From the human T2T-CHM13v2.0 reference genome, Homo sapiens, in the NCBI RefSeq assembly GCF_009914755.1, contig NC_060938.1: a stretch of DNA of 64,000 nt, one strand, 5' to 3'. A program made the position numbers and the translations under genes. The stretch's first letter is position 1. Each line of letters opens with the position of its first letter. Shown here in pieces: positions 54,117 through 64,000 of this stretch. The notes under the pieces are model-generated. The model searched no databases and had not been told where the DNA came from. It saw nothing but the letters and a program-made list of their open reading frames with translations.

Positions 54117-55149
54117 TTTCCACAAACTATCACAATAGTAGAAAATCCATGTTTCCAATTATTTTGAATGCAGTTACATTCTAATGTGTAGTCACAGTAG
54201 ATGAACAGTGTGTAAAGATTAATATTTTATCCCAAATTACCAAAAATATGAAAATCTTTATTTTGGCTATGAAGTCTTGATCACTATAATCCAAATGATC
54301 AGACAATTTTTATTTGTTTCATAATATTATTTTTTGTTAGTAATATAATACAGAAATAATTTTTAAAGTTATAAATTTAATCACAGTTCCACTATCAACA
54401 ATAGGCCACACAACACAAATAAGTCTTTCTCCTTTATTTCTCCCAATTTCCACTCTCAACCTTCATACTCACACAAATTTAATAAGTCATCATTTAATAA
54501 AATAAGATAATTTCACAGATAAAAATGATCTCAAATCTATTTTACTAAGTAATGTATGTTGATATAAAATTCTATTTTGACTTGACAGATGAGAAACAAA
54601 AATACTCTGTGCCTACATTTTAAAATATATTTGTAGTAGTAGTTTTATTAAAATGATTTCTCAGTTTCAAGTGATAAACAATAATATTTCTGGATCCCTA
54701 TATATTGTAAATATGGTTCAGATATTTCCTCTAGGAAAATGTTGGCATTCAGAATTTGGAGGAAATATAGCTCTCAACAGGGATGATAATGACAAACTAA
54801 AAATAAGTCTATAATGGAATTAGGACTCATCACACTCAAAAGGTGATATATAGAATATTTGAAATCTTCAAATGACATATAAAAACAAAAACAAAGCAAA
54901 AAACCTTCTTGGCTTTTTTGTGGTGCTCTACAGCACAGACTTAGTACAGAAAAAGCAAAAATTAAAAAAAATATCTAGAGTTGAGATATATCAGACCTGT
55001 TTTCAAACCTTATGTCTTGTGATTTTGACTCACCACAATGAAACACAATTATACATTCATTATTAAAAATCCTTTTCGTAGGAAATCTGCATTTTCAGTG
55101 GATCATGTCTGTTTTGTGTGGTGTTATTTTTTAAAAGCAAGTTTCTGGA

Positions 55150-55330
55150 GTAAGGTAGCATAGCTTTTAGTTCATACTTTATTTACTACTTGCACGATCA
55201 CAGGCAAATCACTGAACCTCCGGAAGCATCAGTTTTCTCAGTTGTAACGGGATTATAATACATCCACAGGATTGTTCAGACCATTAGTGGGATAATTTCT
55301 TTAAACCACATGCAGTGAATAAATAGTGGT
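55150..55330 (+). mobile_element. MIR
   Basis: ggcaaatcactgaacctccggaagcatcagttttctcagttgtaacgggattataata. Confidence 0.72.
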
Positions 55331-55829
55331 TATATCTAAATTTTTATTTAAATATATTGCTCTTAATATCTTTAATTCTTTCAAGTTATACACAAATGAA
55401 AATTAGATTATGTGAGTTGTTAATCTTTTCTTGACAATTCTGTAAGCAAAGTAAAGATGTTATTGATATCTCTCTGGCCAGATTTTCAGTATTGTAAAGA
55501 TGCAGGCTGTGGCATGACTGATAATTCAAATAGAATAAAATACAAGCAACTGTGACTGCTCAGAAAGTTTATCTAATGTGGTGGAAGGATCCCTGAGGTG
55601 GAGGTCCAGATCAGCTCTGTCTTTACACTGAATGGGCAATATCTGTTGAATTAGCACTTAAAATCTTTGAGCTTTGGCTTTCCAGATAAAACAATGGGAA
55701 TGTGAATTGCATAACTGCTAAGGTAATCTGGAGTAGCTTTGAAATTGGGTGGTTTGTAAGATAGCAGTAAAATTATTATTTGTTGCAGGCTATCCATGAA
55801 CCAACAGCATGCACTTTATGTATCTTTCC

Positions 55830-56488
55830 TTATTTAATTTCATTAATTTAAAGCTATTACTGAATACCTACTAAATGCTAGCCCCTTACTCTTTAGAATG
55901 ATGAGGTTCAGCAGTGAAAAAGCAAACAAAATTCTTGCCTTTGTAATTCATATATTGTAGCAGCCAAGACAGATACAACTTAAATAAAATGTAAGCAACA
56001 TTATTTGGTGATCAGTACTACACAGAAAAAAAAAAAGTATATGGTAAAAAAAAAAAAAAAAAAAGGTTTCCGTAGGTTGAGGGGTTGCAATTTTAAATAG
56101 ATTGGGTCAGGGAATACTTTCCTGAAAAGAAGACATTGGAGCAAAGCCTTGATGTAGACGAGGGAATGAGCCACATGGATATGTAGGCGAAAAGCCTTCC
56201 AAGTTTTGGAAGCAATAATGCAAAGATCCTGAGAGGGAGGGATCCTGAGATGGAGCTCAGAGAATCATGCAGACTGAGGGGACAGTCATGGCAAATAAGG
56301 TCAACAGTTACAGGAGATCAGATTGTGTAGGGCTTTTAATCTCTGTGTTTACACTGAGTAAGGTAGGAAGTCATCTGATGATTTTAAACAATGAAATAAT
56401 GTAATCTTACATAAATACATATAGGTGTGTACAGATGTATGTATTTGTGTCAGATTACATGTATATGTTACACATACACATGCACACA

Positions 56489-56554
<66 letters not shown>

Positions 56555-57245
56555 ATACATACAGGATCACTCTGGCTGTTGTGTTGAAAATACACTAAAG
56601 AGAGACAAAATTTGAAGCAGGAAGGCCAGTTAGGATGCTTTCAGTTTAACTCAGGAGAAAGTGGACTTCAGGACTCAAATGTAGGGTATAGGAGAGAAAT
56701 GGGCAGGAGAGCTACATTTGTGGGTTCTAGTGAAGACAGAAAAATGATGTAGGATCCCTTGTTCAAATTTCAATACAAATTTAGGAATTTCAGTAGAGTG
56801 ATAGTGGAGCAATAAACCAAGCACAGAACTTTTCTGAGTGTGAAGCCCTAGAAAGAATTCGATAAAGACTTTAAGTTTTTTACCTGAATGGAGTGATGGA
56901 GCTGCCCCTAACTCATACAAGAAAAAGTGTAGGAGTGGAAGGTTTGAGGCTCAGGAAAAGGTCAGGAATTGTAAATATCAACATTTAGGAGATGTCTTGT
57001 AGACTTCATGTATCTTTACCTTTAACAACACACAAGTCATCACTGACCACAACAGAAGAGTTTTGGTGGACAGAGTGATGGGAAGCAGGGCAGCGGGGAG
57101 ACTCTAGTAATTCTGAGGAAGAATGGAATGAGAGATTAGCCTCAGCAAGTACCCAGCCATCTCAAGAATTTAGCTGAGAAAGAAAGAAAGAAATGGAGAC
57201 TGGCATTAAGGAGAAAATAGAACTGAGAAGATATGTTTAAGAGGA
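55830..57245 (-). mobile_element. L2, interrupted by poly-A and (TA)n
   Basis: tattactgaatacctactaaatgctag...; ggatcactctggctgttgtgttgaaaat...gaagcaggaaggccagttagga. Confidence 0.7.
56496..56545. repeat. (TA)25 microsatellite in a larger TA/CA-rich tract
   Basis: Directly visible. Confidence 0.96.
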
Positions 57246-57489
57246 AGAAATACTTGCATCCTCCTAATAATTCTTTGAAGTTGGCATTATTTTTCTTATT
57301 TTTGACGTATAAGTAACTTGCCCTAGATCACAAAACCAGTAAGGTGCAATAGTATGTAACCACAAATTATTTTGTTTAAATTAAAGTACCCACTTTGAGT
57401 CACTACATTAGATTAATTATTTAGAGTCTTAGCATCTTAGGGTTTGAGGAAAGAGCTTTTACATTAATAATGCAGTAAGATCTCAGCTT

Positions 57490-57750
57490 AAATTTCACCT
57501 CCCTCAAAGAAAAGTAGGCCCCCTCAAGATCTCCATCATATCACATGGTATGCTTCTTTAATAGTGCTCAAAAGAAGTAGTTAATTATATTTATTTATTT
57601 ATTTTTTATTTACTTTTTTAGTTTCCTGAGTGTAAAAGAGTTCAGGCATCTTTTTTGACTTGTTCACCATTTTTTCCACAGTACCCAGCACAGTGCCCAT
57701 TGTAGTACATGTTCAATGTATGCTTAATAATTATCTGTTGAATGAATGAC
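57490..57750 (+). mobile_element. L2 3' end
   Basis: cttgttcacc...cccagcacagtgccc...taataattatctgttgaatgaatga. Confidence 0.7.
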
Positions 57751-60165
57751 TACCATTCTTTCATTTCTTCTTTTCACATTCATGCCAATGTGGAAAACAT
57801 AAATATGTATCTGTACCTGCCTTCTTGAATATTGTTACATCTTGCCAACAACAAAACTACAAATATTCATTAGTTCTCTTTTCAAATCTGATTCCACTTA
57901 CATTTCAACCCTAATACTAACTATAACTGTAATTTACATTAAATTATAGTGATACCGTTTTTATATAAACTGTATTCTTTACTCAGTTTCTCATAGAAAT
58001 TACCAATGACATAAAGTAATAAATTCAAGGAAGGTAAAATCTGTAAGTATGTTAAAAATTCTATATGTTCAAAATTGTTTGTAAAGACCCTTCAGTAACA
58101 GCACAGCTGCAAGAGGTGATGTGGGTGCCACTGACAGATCAAAAGCCTAAGATTAAGAGAAAAGTGGGCACCAACTTGCCTTACTGGCTATTCTTCTTTC
58201 TGAGAAATGTTGATACAAATCTGTTTATAAATTAGAGCTCCCGTCTATCTGACTAATTTGGCAAGAACAACAAGGCTTTTGTGTCAATTGAATTAAAAGA
58301 GAAAAAGATAAAAAATGTAGATATAAGGTAAAGAATGAGAAAGAGGAGAGGCACTTTAAAATTTCTCAGATATAAATACTACTAGAGACTGACAGCACAG
58401 TGATGTTTTTTAGAAATAGAGCTGTAAAAATAAAATCAAAAGAAATCAGATATTTGATAAAGGAGGAGAAAGAGACAATAAAGAGAAAATGGGGGGGATA
58501 AGTTGTTCAAATGATGGCTATTAATAATTTTTACCCTTAGTTTCATAATGTATGATATGATATTAAGCATTTAGAATTATACAGTATTCAATATCACATG
58601 ACCAGACTGTGTATGTTAATGTATGTTTACATTAGAGGAAACATCAAGAAAAAAACTACATGTCACACCTGCATTGCCCACTTTGTTTAGTGTAAGCTAG
58701 TCTATGAATACCCCTTATTTTGAAAATATCTTGTTTCCCATGATATGTTGTTTTGAATTACACACACACCAGAACACTGCACTGCAGTTGCTACTACATA
58801 GTCTGATTTTCCCTTTGAGAGTTTTAAAATAATTGTATGGTGCAACAGAACGATTTTGTTCTGAAAGTATCTAAAAATAATCTGTATGTTTACTTTATTC
58901 TTTCTACTAATCTAGGTGAGACAAGCCTGGTTTTCAATAGCTGTTATACCTTAATTGTGTATTTGTTCTTTTTAATTAGCATGCCATCAAACTAGATCAT
59001 GAGGATTAGAGTGAATGAGATTTCATTTTATTTGATATGGTCTGCTTTAAACAGCTTGTGCATGTTTATGGAAATCATTTTACTGTCTAGATAGGATATA
59101 TTAAATATGTAGCCTCTGAAGAACTCTATTATGCCACGGGAGAGAAGAAACATGATGCTAAAAACACAAAAGGTCTATCTGGATAGACTACATATCTTGC
59201 TAGTATCATGGGCTATAATGTCCTCATATATATATATATGAAATATATATAGATATGTTTATTTTTGAGAGACATGAATATTAGTCTCTTTTAAAAGGCA
59301 CATTATCAATCCAGCTGTATGTTTGGAATCATAACCAAAGGCAGAGTTCACATAATACCTAAATAAGCACTTCTAAGAAAATAGTTGTTCAAGTAGGTTG
59401 GTGAAGAGTGGTAGCCATTTTAGTCAATCCGTCAAGTTAAGAATTCTGCAAAGATGTAGTGGTAGGTTCATGGACACCTCAACATTCTACTCACAACACA
59501 ACAATTGCTTTCTTTGGAAATAAAAGGTATCTATAGATTCAGATAAGGCTATTTCACAGAAGGCATGTTTTCGAGCTATGAGATATTATGATTCATTTCT
59601 TCAACTCTGAAATATTTGCAAGTATGTCAAACCCAGTAGTGAATATTTTCACTCCTGAAACTTGATGTTAAGCAACATTAAGGATACGTAGTGTTGTTCA
59701 TATGATGTACAGTCCTTTCTAACTGGCTCACAAAATCCTAATTTAATTATCACAGTACTATTAGCCATTACCTTCATCAGGAGCTGCTCATTTTGAAATT
59801 TTCTATGGGCCTATTAAGTATTTAGAAAGAAAAAAATGTGTCTATTTTATACTGATTGAAATTAATCACTAATAATAAATTTGTATCTTTTACAGGGAGT
59901 CTATTTAAAATGGACTATCATGTCTTCATTTATAATCATATACTCTTCAAAGTACAAGGGTGTGTATGTCATATTTAGGGGTATAAAAGAATGAGGGAAC
60001 TGGCATTAGTATTTAGAAAATGAAACACTATTTTTTGCATGGCTTTATTTAATATTAGTAATATTTTATTTGCAATTACAAATAATACAAAAAGAGATTT
60101 TATTTTTCTCAAGAAAAGAGAACATAATTAATAAAAGTTTAAAAATAGTATTCTGTAAATTATAC

Positions 60166-60614
60166 TGCTATAGTTTGGATATGGTTGGTTTGACCCCTCC
60201 AAATCTCATGTAGGAATTTAATCCCCAGTGTGGTGGTATTGTGGTCAGTGAGATCTAGTGGGAGGTGTTTGGGTCATGGGGGCAGATTCCCTCATGAATG
60301 GCTTAGTGTCTTCCTGGATGTAATGAGTGAGTTCTTGGTCTGTGTGCCTGTGAAATCTGGTTGTTATAATAAAAAGAACTAGGCATCACCTCCAACTTGC
60401 TCATGCTTCCTCTCTCACCATGTAATCACTGCACATGCTGGCTCCCCTTCCTCTTTCACCATGAGTGGAAACAGCCTGAAGCCCTCACCAGAGGCAATTG
60501 CTGGCACCATGTTTCTTGTACAGCTTGCGGAACAATGAGCCAAATAAACCTCTTTACTTTCTGAATTACAGAGCCTCGGGGATTCCTGTATAGCAACACA
60601 AACAGACTAAGACA
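60166..60614 (+). mobile_element. MaLR solo LTR (MSTB/MSTA-like)
   Basis: tgctatagtttggatatg...gggtcatgggggcagattccctcatgaatggct...tatagcaacacaaacagactaagaca. Confidence 0.88.
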
Positions 60615-62642
60615 TACTTAAAAATTTTATAACAGAAAGCATGATTTCTGTGGCTAACTTACATTTACATAAGCATATGTATATATACATTATATAATCA
60701 TGAGTTTGTATCCACACAGGTGTTTTCCCTAGTAATGCCAGTCCTATTCTGAATTTTCAACAAATTCAGACTTACATAGTCCTAAAAAATAATAATAGAA
60801 TTTATCAAATATGTATGCTCTAAAGATAGATATATGAGTAAGAAATTGCTTTTGATCTTAGACTCATATTAGAATTAGAAGAAGAAAGGAAAAATAGCAT
60901 TGCAGTGCTGTTGGCTGGCTACTCGGAGAGGCCTTCCAGAGACAATCTTGATAGTCATAATTTAGGGGTCCTCAGTTTCACAGGTAATCATTTAATTTTC
61001 TCAGCACAACCAGAGATCACAGCAGGATATACTCAATTGGAATGATTCTGGCTAGCTAAACTCTCCAGACATCAATGCATAAACCAATTTATAAATAGAA
61101 TTCCTACTTGTCAATTTATAATGAAAAATAGGAGTGCCAAACAAGCCAAACATCCTTTATCACTGTGGTCTTTCCCAGTCAGTAAACCAAAATGAAAAAT
61201 AAAAAATAGCCAAAATACTAATTTTTACTCATAATTTCAGGATCCAGGGTAATTATATAGAATACATCAATAACGAGTGCCATCTAGTTATCCTACTCTG
61301 GAGAATCTATCTCAATCACAGAGATATAATTTCCAGATGGGTCTCTGATACTGGTGGCACTGTCACTTGTTAGTGCCAAAACCAAACCAACAATTCATTT
61401 CAAAATTGTCTTAAAAATTCTTACTGACCTCTTAGGGTTTGTGAATGTAGCCTTTTATGAGACAGAGTAACAAGAGCATCAGCAAAGAGTTTGCTGCCAT
61501 TTCTTAATGCAATAGCATGGCAAATGTCAATTAAGGTCCTCTTTTCTCATAAATCTGGACTCAGTCTTCAACTCATTCTCAGACCAGGCAATCACTACAC
61601 GTTGATTATAATTGACATTTTAAATGAAATTTGTTTATTTCAGAGATAGAATTAAGTTTCAGTCATGTTATATATTCAAACACTCAAGATCCAATGTCAT
61701 AAAATTCATCCCGCTTTGTTATGCTGTTTCTGTGATTTTAGACCCAACACTTAAGAGAATATTGATTCAGGTTGGTTGCTTGTACTGATGATTGGTCCCA
61801 CCCTCTATATTTAATTTCCTATAATTTCATTCTGAATGAAGGCCTTATCTTCACATTTTAACAGCAGCTTGTTGTTGCTTTCTATATAAGAAACTGCATT
61901 CAGTTTCATCTGCTATCTTATAATGTGGCTAACTTACATTTCCCTCCACATTGATCTTACTCTAAACAGTCCTTTTAAGGAAGATTGCAGTTAGTAACAT
62001 GCAAAGAAACAGTTGAATTTCACATAATAGTGTTGGCTGGGAAACTATTTCTTAAGAAAATGCAAGTGAAATTAATAATATTCGCCATAAGAAAATCCAA
62101 GGATTCTGGGCTTCCTGATGCAATGGTATGTGGCCAAATAAGCTGATTTTACACATGTCATAGAGTGAAGTGACTAAATCTGGATTACTCTTTTCAACAC
62201 TGATGACGATAAAGTGTAAAATGAAAACTATTTAAAGTGTAAGAAATATCTGCTCTTTGGTACGTAATTTCTTAATTTGGAGTAAATTCTAAGTCCAGGT
62301 TTTGTTCTTTAATGCAAAAATAAAACAAATACACTCAGTTGTTCAAGAAAATCTGAAAATAGGAAGTTACTTCAATGCAAATAATATTTTCTTTGATAAT
62401 ACATATTTGACTAAGACAAATCCATTTTAAAATTTAAAAATGATCTCTGTAAGTTTTTATGTTCCTTGGAAGAAAAGTGTTATGTGTTTTCCTTTCCCTA
62501 GAAGTAATTGAAATATTTTTGTGCAGTTATCTGTGTTATTTTGGCGGCAGCTATTTGCAAAAGACAGAGGGCTGAAGTGGAGAAAACAGCAGCATGGTAT
62601 TGTGGGAGAGGGTGTGCCTAGAACCTGAACCTGGCTTCTTTC

Positions 62643-62973
<331 letters not shown>

Positions 62974-63057
62974 TAGGCCTATGAGTTCCTACATCGGGAT
63001 TTTATTTATTTAAACTTGCTAACAGTTACTGAAAATTTATGTCCAGCACAAAATGTT

Positions 63058-63153
63058 TATATATATATATATATATATATAAAATATGTTATATATATAA
63101 ATATGTGTGTATATATATTTATATAACATATATAAATATGTGTGTATATATAT
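63058..63153. repeat. (TA)n and imperfect AT-rich tandem repeat
   Basis: atatataaatatgtgtgtatatata occurs twice. Confidence 0.9.
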
Positions 63154-63179
63154 CTTCTACAATTTCTATATGAAATGAA

Positions 63180-63290
63180 CAATAATTATTCCCACTCTAC
63201 AGATGAGAAAACAGAGGTTCATAGCTAGTGAATGGTGGAACTGAGATTCAAACGTTAGTATCTCTTATTTCACAACCCACGTTCTTATAT
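63180..63290 (-). mobile_element. MIR fragment
   Basis: attattcccactctacagatgagaaaacagaggttc...gctagtgaatggtggaactgagattcaaac. Confidence 0.75.
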
Positions 63291-63714
63291 TCTTTACTAC
63301 CTTCCACTTAAAAACCTAGAACTAGGAAAATATACTCCTTTCAGAATATTGTTTTCTTATATCTGTGGAAGCAGTAGCTAGTTTTCTGTGATAGGAGTAG
63401 AAAATGCAGCTATATATTTTACTAAGAAGAATTCCAGCACAGCATAGAAATAATGCGTAGTCTTGTGAAGATGTTGACCCGGAAAAACGGAGAAATGTTT
63501 TTCAGGTAGGCCTACAGTCTGGAGAATGGGTGCTCAATTGAGGATATTCTTAGAGGAGATAAATTGTCCTAGATTTAGGCAGATAAAACACTTACAAAAG
63601 TAGCAGCAAATTCTTCTCCATGTTGTACTTCTATTAAACAAAGAAAACTTCCTTAAACACTTAAAGGCTAGGTTCCGTGTGGGGGAAAAAAGAGGAAAGG
63701 AACTCATTTCATAC

Positions 63715-63990
63715 TTGGGATAAATTAGGGAAAACCATACCTTCTGAAGTCACAGTAGTAGGAGGAAGGAAAGGCAGCTTTGCCTGGCAGAATGCTACCT
63801 CAGGGGAGTCAGCCACAGAGTGGGAGAAGCAGGCAGCACTACCGTGAGTCCTGCGGCAGATCCCAAGGGATTCATACTTGAACATGGAAGCCTCACCTTG
63901 AATAACCAGATGCTCGAGGCACACAATAATGAAACAGCTGAGGTTACTTTGAGGACTAATTTCCACTTATCATTCTGGTACAGGCTCAAG
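63715..63990 (-). other. MDGA2: Candidate alternative internal first exon of MDGA2
   Basis: Non-repeat, locally GC-richer segment with minus-strand donor motifs AAG|GTGAGG (63897), CAA|GTATGA (63878 and 63715) and GAG|GTAGCA (63799). I recall, unverified, a shorter MDGA2 isoform starting at an internal exon upstream of the Ig1 exon. Confidence 0.45.
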
Positions 63991-64000
63991 CTATTAAAAG

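Overview
This is AT-rich primate (most likely human) genomic DNA, not prokaryotic. Almost all of it is intron of the neuronal GPI-anchored Ig-superfamily gene MDGA2 on the minus strand. The only supportable coding sequence is one 140-nt exon (22160-22299, minus) encoding APPTVRIVHSGLACNIEEERYSERVYTIREGETLELTCLVTGHPRPQ, the start of Ig domain 1. The rest is ordinary mammalian repeat content: about 18 Alu/FLAM/FRAM elements, L1, L2 and MIR fossils, MaLR solo LTRs (MLT1/MST), MER5 and MER47-type DNA transposons, a decayed ERVL-class gag-pro-pol relic (about 11.4-14.2 kb) and microsatellites. I found no CRISPR array, RNA gene or novel multi-gene system. Best leads: a candidate internal first exon at the right edge (about 63.7-64.0 kb) with a phase-compatible donor and a signal-peptide-like frame; a 66-bp local duplication of MIR sequence; a sense-oriented ERVL relic with a poly(A) signal; and splicing-relevant elements around the coding exon. 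Repeat subfamily calls and the boundaries of old elements were made by eye and are approximate.
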